64,000 nucleotides of DNA from Candidatus Calditenuaceae archaeon (GCA_025058225.1 JANXEE010000017.1:2084-66083), one strand, 5' to 3'. Positions 17,930 to 27,251 are shown, numbered from the stretch's first letter. Translations and numbers: made by a program. The notes: a model not told the origin generated them from the sequence alone.

Positions 17930-19429
17930 GTGTCACAATCTCAGACCCTTAGCAGACGTAGTTTCCTCCAGGGTCTGGCCGCAGGAGTGGCTATCGGCGG
18001 TGTGGGAGTAGGCGGAGCCCTGACTGTGATGCGGGTGGCTGAGCCGATCTATTGGAAGATGCCGGAGAGGTGGGATCTCGAGGCTGATGTCGTGGTTGCG
18101 GGCTTCGGCGTTGCAGGAGCCTCAGCCGCCATCGAGGCTGCGGAAAACAAAGTATCGGTCATGGTCCTTGACAAGTCCCCCACACCCGGCGGCAACAGCG
18201 TAATGTCCGGTGGCAACATGGGAGTCATCAACTCATCCGTTCAGAGGGAGAGGGGCTTGTTGATGGAGCCAGCGGCATGGGGCCGTAGCGTGGTCCGGGT
18301 CATGAAGGAGACTCATTGGGAACAGATCTTTCCGACCGAGAGGGACATGAAGTACATTGAGAACTCCGGCAAGGAAGTCGGTGACTGGTTGAGGAACTTC
18401 GGAATAGAGTACGAGTTCGTGATACCGACGCTCCTAAGGAACAAGGGCGGCGGCCCGGCGTTGGTATCGGCCCTCCAGAAGGCCGCTAGGGAGAGAGGGG
18501 TCAGAGTCGAGACAGAGTTCAAAGTCATCCAGTTGGTGGCAAGACCCGACACCAATGCTGTCTTGGGGGTGGTCGGTGAGAAAGGAGGAAGCAGGCTGTT
18601 CGTTAAGGCCAGGAGAGGCGTAGTTCTTTCAACAGGACCCTTCTCGGCGAACAAGGAGATGTTGAAGCTCTACAGCCCCATCGGCTATCGGGCCCTCCCG
18701 ATAACGGCCGCGATCAGCACAGGTGAGGGGCTGATAATGGCTCAGGCATTGGGCGCCGCGGTGGCGAACCTCCATCACATAAGTGGGTTCCCGGCGATTC
18801 CAAAGGTAAACGCCAGGTTCAGACCTCAGGGGATCTCTGCCATCTTCGTCAACGAGAAAGGATACAGGTTCGTAAACGAAGCAGAGCACTTTGAGATATT
18901 GAACGACAAGATATTCTATCAGCCCGGGCATCACGCATGGTTGGTCACCGATAGTGAGCAGCTCAAGAAGAGCACGGGTAAGGGCATCAGCACGACGCTC
19001 TCCGAGGACCTGACGAGGGAGGTAGAACAGGGAGTGGTGTACAGGGCGCCCAGCCTGGAGGCCTTAGCAGATGCGATCAAAATCGATAGGAGCAGCTTCC
19101 TGAGAACCGTCAGGACATGGAACGAATGGGCGAAGGCGACAAAGGTCGATCCCGACTTCGGAAGGGTCGACTCACCGACGTTCACCTTCTCCCCCATAGA
19201 GAGCCCACCGTTCTACGCAGTCGAGCTGGTCCCGAGCATCTCTGGGACGAACGGAGGTCTGTTAGCTGATGGCGAGTCTCGCGTGCTCAGCGTCCACGGC
19301 AAACCCATTCCCCGCCTCTACGCGGCAGGTGACATCGTCGCGGGTGGGATGATCTCGCATCTCGGCGAGGCCATCTTCTTCGGTAGGATTGCAGGGAGGA
19401 ACGTCTCAAAGGAGCAGCCATGGAGTTAA
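17930..19429 (+). CDS. Tat-exported FAD-dependent oxidoreductase (FAD_binding_2; flavocytochrome c/KstD superfamily)
   Basis: SRRSFLQG twin-arginine signal plus hydrophobic stretch; VVAGFGVAG, GGNSVMSGG, GYRFVNE, PPFYA, GTNGG and PIPRLYAAG motifs. Confidence 0.9.
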   Translation: MSQSQTLSRRSFLQGLAAGVAIGGVGVGGALTVMRVAEPIYWKMPERWDLEADVVVAGFGVAGASAAIEAAENKVSVMVLDKSPTPGGNSVMSGGNMGVINSSVQRERGLLMEPAAWGRSVVRVMKETHWEQIFPTERDMKYIENSGKEVGDWLRNFGIEYEFVIPTLLRNKGGGPALVSALQKAARERGVRVETEFKVIQLVARPDTNAVLGVVGEKGGSRLFVKARRGVVLSTGPFSANKEMLKLYSPIGYRALPITAAISTGEGLIMAQALGAAVANLHHISGFPAIPKVNARFRPQGISAIFVNEKGYRFVNEAEHFEILNDKIFYQPGHHAWLVTDSEQLKKSTGKGISTTLSEDLTREVEQGVVYRAPSLEALADAIKIDRSSFLRTVRTWNEWAKATKVDPDFGRVDSPTFTFSPIESPPFYAVELVPSISGTNGGLLADGESRVLSVHGKPIPRLYAAGDIVAGGMISHLGEAIFFGRIAGRNVSKEQPWS

Positions 19430-20916
19430 GTTCCCGTGAAACATCAACAATTTTTTATCCCATTTTCAGGATACTATTAGCTCTGTTAATCTTGTCTCAG
19501 GCTTTTCTCTACGGTGCATCAGCCCAGCAGGTGGTCATCAGGGCCTACAGAGCTGAGGTCGTGCCGCAGATAGATGGGCTCATCTCGGAGGGAGAATGGG
19601 GTGACACCCCGCTCATCAGGGAGACCGTCACGAGGGCTCAGATCGCATTCAAACACGACGGTCAAAACCTCTACTTCCTTGCTGTGTACGAAGACGCAAG
19701 TCCTAAGCCAATAGACTACTACGCGCTCGAGTTTGATCCTGACGGAGACCAAGCACATATGGGGAGCGAGGAGATACCGGACTACGCGGTCATCGTGAGC
19801 TCGATCTACGGCGAAAACCATGCAAAGGAAGCGATTCTTCCTGGGGCGGTCAAACCGATACTCTACGAGGACCTGGGCCTGAAGACTCGGGCCATCGCTA
19901 AGATGTCATACCGTGATGGGAAGCAGGTCGTTGAGCTGAAGCGACCCTTCTCGCCTGACGAGAGGGGCATGATGGAACTCTCGATTGGCAAGACCGTCGG
20001 AGTGGGCTTCGCGGTCGGTGAGTTCGGAATGGGAATAGACCACAGGGCGACGGACATGTCGACGTACTTGCTTGTGATAGCTGAAGAGCGTTACGCCGGT
20101 CAGCCGGTGGTTGAGGTGTTCGATCTGTACGGCCTCGTCTCCACGTACGGTCCCTACGCTTGGTTCGCGGCCCTGGCGGGAGTCTTGGCCCACTTCGGGC
20201 GGAGGAAGGCTTGGAGACCCCCGAAGTACGAGCGATGGGTTACGGTCGAGAGGCACAACTGGGCCGGGAGGGCCTCCCATTGGATCAGAGTGGCTGCACT
20301 GACACTGATGATCGTCACCGGAATGGGGATTACGCTCAAACGAGCTCCGTTCGGCGCGCTCACCAGCGACGTCCACCTCTGGATGGCCTTCGTCATCCTG
20401 TTGGCGGATCTGCCGCTTCACGTTTACTCCCTTTGGCGGGACGAGTACAAGCACGTCCTCTTGATCAATAGGGACGACGTCTCTGTGACCATAACCATCG
20501 CAAAGAACTTCCTAGGGCTAACGAGGGCCTATCCGCCCCATGCGGTCTATGACCTCTCCACCGGCGATTATTACATGGGAAGGAAGTATTGTTCCCTGCA
20601 GAAGCCGCTCACTTGGTTCTATTTCGCTTCGATGTTCCTCATGGGTCTTACCGGGTTCGCGCTCGCCTATCCCTCCTTCTTCTCCTGGGTCTTCGCGCTT
20701 CTTGGCGGTAGTCTCAACGTAAGGGCCGTTCACCTGCTGCTGTTCTATCTCTTCACAGCGGTCTTCTTCGTGCACATTTACCTCTCGTTAATACCCGCGA
20801 ACTGGAACAGACTGGTTGCCATAGTGAGGGGTAAGTGCAGAATTCCAGTGCTTTCAACGCCAGAGTCGAGTAATGTCGAAGTCGCCGAAGTGAAAGACGT
20901 GAGAGATGGAAGTTGA
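19420..20916 (+). CDS. DOMON-like heme-binding domain fused to di-heme cytochrome b (FdnI/HyaC-type)
   Basis: Sec-type signal (ASA-QQ); PQIDG...EW and beta-rich domain with HMG..D and a late His; linker TM; four TM with His in ASHW, DVHLW, AVHLL and FVHIY; KYCSLQK matches the KYNxxQK motif. Confidence 0.82.
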   Translation: MELSSRETSTIFYPIFRILLALLILSQAFLYGASAQQVVIRAYRAEVVPQIDGLISEGEWGDTPLIRETVTRAQIAFKHDGQNLYFLAVYEDASPKPIDYYALEFDPDGDQAHMGSEEIPDYAVIVSSIYGENHAKEAILPGAVKPILYEDLGLKTRAIAKMSYRDGKQVVELKRPFSPDERGMMELSIGKTVGVGFAVGEFGMGIDHRATDMSTYLLVIAEERYAGQPVVEVFDLYGLVSTYGPYAWFAALAGVLAHFGRRKAWRPPKYERWVTVERHNWAGRASHWIRVAALTLMIVTGMGITLKRAPFGALTSDVHLWMAFVILLADLPLHVYSLWRDEYKHVLLINRDDVSVTITIAKNFLGLTRAYPPHAVYDLSTGDYYMGRKYCSLQKPLTWFYFASMFLMGLTGFALAYPSFFSWVFALLGGSLNVRAVHLLLFYLFTAVFFVHIYLSLIPANWNRLVAIVRGKCRIPVLSTPESSNVEVAEVKDVRDGS

Positions 20917-21177
20917 GGAATCCGACCCCCTGATGACCCTCACCATCTCCCCAAACGAAGTATCTTATATTTTCGTTGTCTTAAGATAATGCTTATCTTC
21001 GCATCCTCAGGGAGTAGGAGTGAAAAACTGGAACGTGGACCGCATCAGCTGAAGAGAGAAGCCGAGGAAGTGCTTGCTCCTCTGAGAGGTCGGAGTCCTC
21101 ACTTCCTTTGAGATCTGTATGAACCTCGCTGAGAGGTTGAAAGACGTATATAGGGAGGGGAGTGTCCAGTTGGGACG

Positions 21178-22398
21178 ATGACCGAGGAGCCCGAAGTGAG
21201 AGAGGTCTCAATCTTTGAGGCCGCAGAGGGGCTCGTCTTCTCCTACGGTCCCCAGCACCCGGGCACCGGTCACTTCAGGATGATCGTCAGGGTCATCGGC
21301 GACACGGTTCTCGAGCTTGACCCGGACCCGGGGTTCGTCCACAGGGGAGAGGAGAAGATGTGCGAGTACAAGACGTGGATAACCAACATACCCCACCTCG
21401 AGAGGCCCGCGATCCTTGACTCTGCTGGGATGCTCTATCCCTACTGCCTCGCTGTCGAACGGCTGATGGGGGTTGAACCGCCGGAGCGGGCCAAGTACAT
21501 CAGGCCTCTGGTCGCGGAGCTGAACAGGATCGGGTCCCACTTCTACTACTTTGCCCTCTACGGGGTCTTCCTGGGGTTGACGACGCCTTTCCTGTGGTGC
21601 TTCGGTGATCGGGAGTTCGTGGTGGACCTGGTTCAGTTCATCGGCGGCCAGAGAATAACCCATTCCTACTTCGAGCCCGGAGGCGTGAGGAACGACGTGC
21701 CGAAGAAGGTGCCCGCGGAGCTGGTACAGAGGTTCAGGGCCTGGTACAGAGACGCGACTGGCAGGTCTCCCAAGGACGGAGAGCTGTCTGATGACTTTCC
21801 CAAATACGTCCTGAGGGTAATGGAGTTCCTCGAGTCGAGGCTCGAGAACTACAAGGACCTGATCCTGGAGAACGCGGTCTTCATCGACAGGACCAAGGGC
21901 GTCGGAGTGCTGACCAAGGAGATGGCGGCGGAGCTCGGAGCGGTCGGCGTCAGCCTCAGGGCCTCTGGGTTCAGGAGGGACGTGCGGATCGATGAGCCCT
22001 ACGACGCGTATTCCAAATTCAAGTTCGAGGTCCCGGTCAGAACCGAGGGTGATTCGTACGCTAGGGCGTGGATCGCGTATGAGGAGATGCTCCAGAGCGT
22101 CAACATCATCCGACAGGCTATCGAGACGATGCCTGAAGGCCCTGTGAAGAACAAGCAGCACCCGATCAACCTGAGGGTGCCCTCTGGTGAGGCCGTCGCG
22201 AGGGTTGAGGCCGCTCACGGTGAGATGACCTATTACGTGCGGTCCGATGCTGCAGATAGGCCCTATAGGGTCAGGATCATGACCCCGTCCTTCAGGAACT
22301 TGCTGCTGGTTCCCTACCTGACAAAGGGGAAGAGGATCGCGGACGTCCCCGTGACCTATTGGAGCCACAACATGTGGCCGGTGGAGTGGGACCGGTAG
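21178..22398 (+). CDS. nuoD: NADH-quinone oxidoreductase subunit D
   Basis: GPQHPGTGHFR, GFVHRGEEK, ELNRIGSH and RPYRVRIMTPSF motifs; no CxxC Ni ligands. Confidence 0.93.
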   Translation: MTEEPEVREVSIFEAAEGLVFSYGPQHPGTGHFRMIVRVIGDTVLELDPDPGFVHRGEEKMCEYKTWITNIPHLERPAILDSAGMLYPYCLAVERLMGVEPPERAKYIRPLVAELNRIGSHFYYFALYGVFLGLTTPFLWCFGDREFVVDLVQFIGGQRITHSYFEPGGVRNDVPKKVPAELVQRFRAWYRDATGRSPKDGELSDDFPKYVLRVMEFLESRLENYKDLILENAVFIDRTKGVGVLTKEMAAELGAVGVSLRASGFRRDVRIDEPYDAYSKFKFEVPVRTEGDSYARAWIAYEEMLQSVNIIRQAIETMPEGPVKNKQHPINLRVPSGEAVARVEAAHGEMTYYVRSDAADRPYRVRIMTPSFRNLLLVPYLTKGKRIADVPVTYWSHNMWPVEWDR

Positions 22399-22399
22399 C

Positions 22400-22939
22400 T
22401 CAGACCCTCAGCGCCACCATCTCCTCGAGCAGTAACAGCTCATACATCTCCACACCCTCGGACCTAGGGAATCGGGCCACTTTCGTTGGGTCAACACCGT
22501 ATCGCGCCAGCAGGTCTTCAGCCCTTCCCCTGAAGGTCAGTTCCGGTGCCAGCTTCCCCTTCAGGCCCTCTACTACCGAGCTGAGGGCTTCGCTGGGATT
22601 GACCTCGGCCCTCGAGACTATCAGAACCCCCACCTCCTTCGATCCCTCCCTCACGCCCGCCCTTCTAAGGGCCTCCTCGATCTGGGTTGAGCACGCCAGA
22701 TACCTCAGCACCTCAACCTCTACTCTCTTGGCTCTGTTGGTACCCGAGAGGAACGAATCGATTGCGCACATGAACGCCAGCACGATGTGCCTTTCAGAGG
22801 CCACCGCGTCCGGGTTGTAAAGCTGAACCCAGACATCCCCCTCGGGTCTCAGGTCCGCAAGCGCACCAACAGGGTCCTCTACGCCCGCCCTTACACCGCA
22901 GGCCATCACCCTGTATCCGCCATAGGACTCCGAGATCAT
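22400..22939 (-). CDS. cgi121: KEOPS complex subunit Cgi121
   Basis: QLYNPDAVASERH, NRAK..EVEVLRYLACSTQIEEAL and LLEEMVAL motifs. Confidence 0.88.
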   Translation of the reverse strand: MISESYGGYRVMACGVRAGVEDPVGALADLRPEGDVWVQLYNPDAVASERHIVLAFMCAIDSFLSGTNRAKRVEVEVLRYLACSTQIEEALRRAGVREGSKEVGVLIVSRAEVNPSEALSSVVEGLKGKLAPELTFRGRAEDLLARYGVDPTKVARFPRSEGVEMYELLLLEEMVALRV

Positions 22940-23025
22940 CAGTTCACTAGGTCTCGATGGCCCTTTTACCAGTTTCTGAGGCCAGCTGATAAGCTCAATA
23001 AACGCCCATCAGTCGGTAAACGAGA

Positions 23026-24099
23026 GTGAAGTCTGTAGGGATCAAGGGCCTCCATCACGTAACCTTGGTGACTGGCAACTATCAGGTGAACTCCACGTTC
23101 TATGTGGAGCTGATGGGCCTCAGGAGGGTGAAGCTCTCCGTTAACCAAGACGACGTCTATCACAGGCACGCCTTTTACGCCAATCCTACTTCGACCGTTG
23201 GAAGCACGATCACGTTCTTCGAGTGGCCTCATTTAGCCCGAGGACATCCGGGACTCGGGGTGCCGCATCACATCGCCTATCGCGTCAGGTCCGCTGAGTC
23301 TCTCAGTTCGTGGTACTGGTGGTTGAAGAGCAGATCCGTTCCGGTAGCAGGACCCTTTGAGAGGTTCTACGGGTTCTCAATCTACGTGTGCGACCCTGAT
23401 GGTGCGATCGTTGAGATCGTCACACCGAAGGACGGCCTGAACCTGGATTACGTGAAGGAGCTCTTGAACAGGGGAATCGAGGTGAAGCACATCGACGACG
23501 AGATGAAGCTGATAGCTTTCGACCACGCGACCATCATAGGTCAGGACGCCGAGCTCGTCTGTCGGTTCTACGAGAAGTTCGTGGGAGTTTCGACTTGGGA
23601 GAAGGTCATCGACGAAGGTGGAAGGACATACCTCGTCGCTTTAGATGACGAGCGTAACGCGTATCTGCACTACCTCATTCCTAATGAAGCGGACTACGGC
23701 CTGGTCGGGAGAGGTGCGATTCATCACGTGGCGTTCGCGGTCGACGATGAGCTCGATCAGCGGTCCATCATGAGACGCCTCAACTCCGTTAACCTCTCCA
23801 ACTCTGGAATAGTCGACAGGTTCTGGTTCAGATCGCTCTATTTCAGGGACCCAGATGGAAACCTACTGGAGGTCGCAACAGTGGGACCTGGTTATGCGGT
23901 GGATGAGCCTTGGGACCAGCTGGGGAACAAACTGGTGTTACCGCCGTGGATAGAGTCTATGAGGCCGGAGATCGAAGAGGCCCTCGCAAAGCTCGATTCG
24001 GACAACCCGTTCAGATGGCCTCCAGATTTTCCCGTTTTACCTGAGGACCCAGAAGTCTACCCGCCGAGCCAAACCCGATCGAATACGCTTAATACATGA
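23026..24099 (+). CDS. VOC-family ring-cleaving dioxygenase (MhqO/MhqA-like)
   Basis: GLHHVT, KLSVNQDD, ITFFEWP, GAIHHVAF and DRFWFRSLYFRDPDGNLLEVATVGPG motifs. Confidence 0.9.
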   Translation: MKSVGIKGLHHVTLVTGNYQVNSTFYVELMGLRRVKLSVNQDDVYHRHAFYANPTSTVGSTITFFEWPHLARGHPGLGVPHHIAYRVRSAESLSSWYWWLKSRSVPVAGPFERFYGFSIYVCDPDGAIVEIVTPKDGLNLDYVKELLNRGIEVKHIDDEMKLIAFDHATIIGQDAELVCRFYEKFVGVSTWEKVIDEGGRTYLVALDDERNAYLHYLIPNEADYGLVGRGAIHHVAFAVDDELDQRSIMRRLNSVNLSNSGIVDRFWFRSLYFRDPDGNLLEVATVGPGYAVDEPWDQLGNKLVLPPWIESMRPEIEEALAKLDSDNPFRWPPDFPVLPEDPEVYPPSQTRSNTLNT

Positions 24100-24872
24100 T
24101 GAACTGTAGAGAGCACGTGTCGCTGAGGCTGACCGGTAAAGCAGCCGAGGGCGCTCCGACGCTCGTCGGCTTACCGGATGTGGGACTCGTGGGGACGATC
24201 GCGACCTCCTACATCGTCGCTAACTCGGACTCGAAGTTCGTAGGGAGCATCGACCTCGAGGGTGCTCCACCGGTGGTCGTGGTGCAGGATGGTAAGATAT
24301 TGGACCCGATAAGGCTCTACAGGGTCGAAGTCTCGGGCAGGCCGACCTTCTCTGTCGTCTACTCAGACATTCCAGTCTTCCCACAGCTCATCTGGTCAAC
24401 CGCAAAGGGAATAGTGGACTTCGCCGTTGAAACGTCGTCTGAGCTGATCGTGTCTCTTGGAGGCGTTCCGGAGCCCAACAGGTTCGAGATCGAAAGGCCG
24501 AGGGTCTTCGTCGTCTCAAACGATAGGCAGCTTGCCGAGGACCTAGCTAAGAAGGGTGGGGCAGAGCCCTTCGAGACCGGGTTCATAACTGGACACAACG
24601 CAGCCCTGATCAAAGTTGGCACCGAGCGGGGACTCAAGATTCTGTTGGTGCTGGCTCAATCCCACCTCCAGTACCCCGATCCTGGAGCATCTGCGGAGAT
24701 CCTCACGTTCATCAATAAGGTCTTCAAGACGACGTACGACGTCCAGCCTCTGATTGAGCAGGCCGACTCAATCAGGCTGCAGCTGAGAGACCTCATGAGG
24801 AGAACAGCGGTCAGCATGTCAAAGATCCCGAAGGGGTTGGAACTCGAGGCTCCGCCCGGATATATCAGGTGA
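24096..24872 (+). CDS. Proteasome assembly chaperone family protein (PAC2)
   Basis: GLPDVGLVGTIA, PIRLY, GFITG and YPDPGASA motifs. Confidence 0.88.
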   Translation: MMNCREHVSLRLTGKAAEGAPTLVGLPDVGLVGTIATSYIVANSDSKFVGSIDLEGAPPVVVVQDGKILDPIRLYRVEVSGRPTFSVVYSDIPVFPQLIWSTAKGIVDFAVETSSELIVSLGGVPEPNRFEIERPRVFVVSNDRQLAEDLAKKGGAEPFETGFITGHNAALIKVGTERGLKILLVLAQSHLQYPDPGASAEILTFINKVFKTTYDVQPLIEQADSIRLQLRDLMRRTAVSMSKIPKGLELEAPPGYIR

Positions 24873-25383
24873 CTTGAGACCTCAATTCTTTATAAATCCT
24901 CCGATAGTATAACATTGTAAATAGCACTATAAGAAATACGATCGTTAATGACAACGTAATAAAAGGCATCGAGGGGAAGAACTCGGTCCTAGCGGCCTCT
25001 ATAATGATATGAACAAGCGGTAAGAAGAACACCAAATTCAGCATAAGTATGGATGCAGGCAATGGTATGAAGGCCCTGTCGATGTATGTCTTTCTCAGTT
25101 GGGGAGAAAGCTTTCCTATCAAGATAGCCAGCGCAGGTAGGTTGACTAAGTACGGGTAACGCTCGACGATCGTGTGGCGTTTGATCGAGAGCACCGAGGT
25201 GAAAATCGTCACGGAGGACAGTATCGCAACCAGCAGGACGAGCATCGATAGGAGCTCCGACTTTGGAGCGTATCTCGTAGGCCTGCCGGCAAAGTCGAAG
25301 TCGATCGCTACTCTCTCGGGAAGGGATTCATAGCTCAAAAGTGCATAGGCTGCAACGGCCGCTGATGCGATTAAGCTCGCCAT
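24865..25383 (-). CDS. DUF1648-containing membrane protein
   Basis: LPERVAIDFDFAGRPTRYAPK matches DUF1648; several TM segments. Confidence 0.75.
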   Translation of the reverse strand: MASLIASAAVAAYALLSYESLPERVAIDFDFAGRPTRYAPKSELLSMLVLLVAILSSVTIFTSVLSIKRHTIVERYPYLVNLPALAILIGKLSPQLRKTYIDRAFIPLPASILMLNLVFFLPLVHIIIEAARTEFFPSMPFITLSLTIVFLIVLFTMLYYRRIYKELRSQVT

Positions 25384-25431
25384 CGCTAAAGCCCTGACGA
25401 GGTCAGAGGCGTTCGAGGTTATTCACCGAGT

Positions 25432-25920
25432 TCACGTGTGCTTCCCCGAGATAAGGGCTACCACCCTCTCGGCCCCCGAACGGCTCAACCTGTATGTCCC
25501 CTCAGTCTCCCTTATCAGGAGGCCGTCCTTGGCGAGCTCGGCGATTCTGGCGACGACGCTGCCGTAGTTGACAGGGAAGCCGTCGTTCCTGAGGAACTCG
25601 TATACCTCGATGGGTTTCATCGATCTCCTCCCCCTCAGGTCCCATGCGTAGTATGTCAGTATAATCTGGTCCTTCAGCGAAAGGTCCCTCGCCAGTGTGC
25701 CCATGTGGGGCACTTCGCCCATCAGGTCCAACCACCCCTCGAGGTCTATGCCGGGGGCCACCGCAGTCTGCTTCCTGATCGTCTCCATCGCTTCGAGAAC
25801 TGCCTTGTGAACCTCCAGGAGTCTCTCGGCGGTCAGCTCGGTCACGTCCTCAACCTCGACTTCGTAAGCGAATTCCCTTTGAAGAGGGATCCTTACCCTT
25901 ACTTTCATACGTTTATACAA
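25432..25920 (-). CDS. Hypothetical protein with C-terminal winged helix-turn-helix
   Basis: SVVARIAELAKDGLLIRETEGTYRLSRSG wHTH wing pattern. Confidence 0.7.
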   Translation of the reverse strand: MYKRMKVRVRIPLQREFAYEVEVEDVTELTAERLLEVHKAVLEAMETIRKQTAVAPGIDLEGWLDLMGEVPHMGTLARDLSLKDQIILTYYAWDLRGRRSMKPIEVYEFLRNDGFPVNYGSVVARIAELAKDGLLIRETEGTYRLSRSGAERVVALISGKHT

Positions 25921-26232
25921 CTACAATACTACTTACTATATTTTACCGGCGGTAATCACCGCAGCCCTTTCGGGCGGATGGATGAGTCTCTGGCGTCAGA
26001 CGTACCCGTTGGGTCTTACTGCACGCGCCTCGTTTCATTTGACCGACTCGCGAGCAGCACTGGGTATGACATTGAAGGGTTGTGTTGGTGAACAGAAGGT
26101 CTCAGATTGAAGGGTTATGTGGGCAGCTCAGCTCCCCAAAGAGGGCGGAATTTACCTTTGACTGTGACTACACGTTGGGACGTGGTAATTTTCCGTGTTG
26201 AGTTTATTATCGGGGCCGCTGTCAAGTAGGTC

Positions 26233-26376
26233 GTGGCGGCCGAGTCCGAACTGCGTAGGGAAGTCGAACGCATAATCGCTGAAGCTAAGAGTTCGATCGA
26301 AGAGTTCAAGGTTAAACTCCGTGAAGAGGCGAAGTCCATAGGCAAGAGGGCGCTCAAACATCAGGTGGAAAGATAA
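26233..26376 (+). CDS. Possible 47-aa charged helical small protein; not in the ORF track
   Basis: MAAESELRREVERIIAEAKSSIEEFKVKLREEAKSIGKRALKHQVER from GTG; TTTATTAT at 26203-26210 upstream. Confidence 0.5.
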   Translation: MAAESELRREVERIIAEAKSSIEEFKVKLREEAKSIGKRALKHQVER

Positions 26377-27251
26377 GCACCCAGCGCGAAGATCCGGACC
26401 GCGTCCCTCACATATGGGTTAACATCTGCTCGTCCTCCTAAGTCCTCGTCTATTATTCTCCAGGCTATTGAGATAGGGTCGTTCAGTTCCCGTTTCAGCC
26501 TTCTCACCCTGTCCATCCACCAGCTGACGGTTGCGGTCTCCTCGCTTAGAGCGTTCTCAGCCGGTAAACTGGGCCCGAAGTGCGGCCTCAGTAACAGTTT
26601 GGGATCGTGATCGAAGATCTTCCTGAGGCTCCGCACGTATTCCTCGTGATCGAAGCGTGGGGGGACCGTCGGAGGTATCTGTCTGACGAACAGGGGCGAT
26701 TTGTGCGTCACGGCATCTCCGGTGACCACGTACCTCAACGGGTCTATCACCACGGAGAGGTGATGGGGTGCGTGTCCTGGCGTGTAGATTATCCTCAGGT
26801 TCCTGCCACCGACACTCAGCTCGTCCCCATCGTCGACGATCTCGACCCTATGCTCCGGAGCAGGACTCATTCCACCCATTTTCGCGAAGTAGAAGTCACC
26901 GAAGAGGGCGCGCGCCGCCTCTACCAGCCTCCCTGGGTCGATCATGTACTTGTAGGCCTTCTCATGGACGAGGGCCCTCGCCTTCGGGTATCGCTCAAGG
27001 ATCTCGGGGAGGGCGCCGCAGTGGTCCAAGTGTGCGTGTGTGACTACGACCGTCTCCAAACCGTTCGGTTCCACACCGATCTCTCGGAGAGCCTTAATGA
27101 CGACGTGCGAGGAGCTCGAGTAACCGGTGTCGAAGAGCACCCACCCCTTCTCCGTCCTGGCCAGGTAGCTCGCTATGGTCCTCGGGTGAAATGGGCCCTT
27201 GGTGTCTATCAGGTAGACGCCCTTCCCTATGTACGACCAGTTTCTGCTCAA
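26361..27251 (-). CDS. MBL-fold metallo-hydrolase
   Basis: THAHLDHCG, TPGHAPHH, TGDA and PHFG motifs. Confidence 0.92.
   Translation of the reverse strand: MSRNWSYIGKGVYLIDTKGPFHPRTIASYLARTEKGWVLFDTGYSSSSHVVIKALREIGVEPNGLETVVVTHAHLDHCGALPEILERYPKARALVHEKAYKYMIDPGRLVEAARALFGDFYFAKMGGMSPAPEHRVEIVDDGDELSVGGRNLRIIYTPGHAPHHLSVVIDPLRYVVTGDAVTHKSPLFVRQIPPTVPPRFDHEEYVRSLRKIFDHDPKLLLRPHFGPSLPAENALSEETATVSWWMDRVRRLKRELNDPISIAWRIIDEDLGGRADVNPYVRDAVRIFALGAYLST

Noticed and set aside
21208..22368. 386-aa antisense ORF over nuoD, and many similar shadow ORFs in the track
   Set aside because: It fully overlaps a well-supported gene on the opposite strand and has no recognisable motifs; such ORFs are expected from high GC3 codon bias
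21178..22398. Group 4 [NiFe]-hydrogenase large subunit
   Set aside because: It has no N- or C-terminal CxxC nickel ligands; the motifs match NuoD
24096..24150. C/D box-like ATGATGA...CTGA (also near 36190-36222 on the minus strand)
   Set aside because: These coincide with Met-Met start codons of coding genes and lack convincing C'/D' spacing
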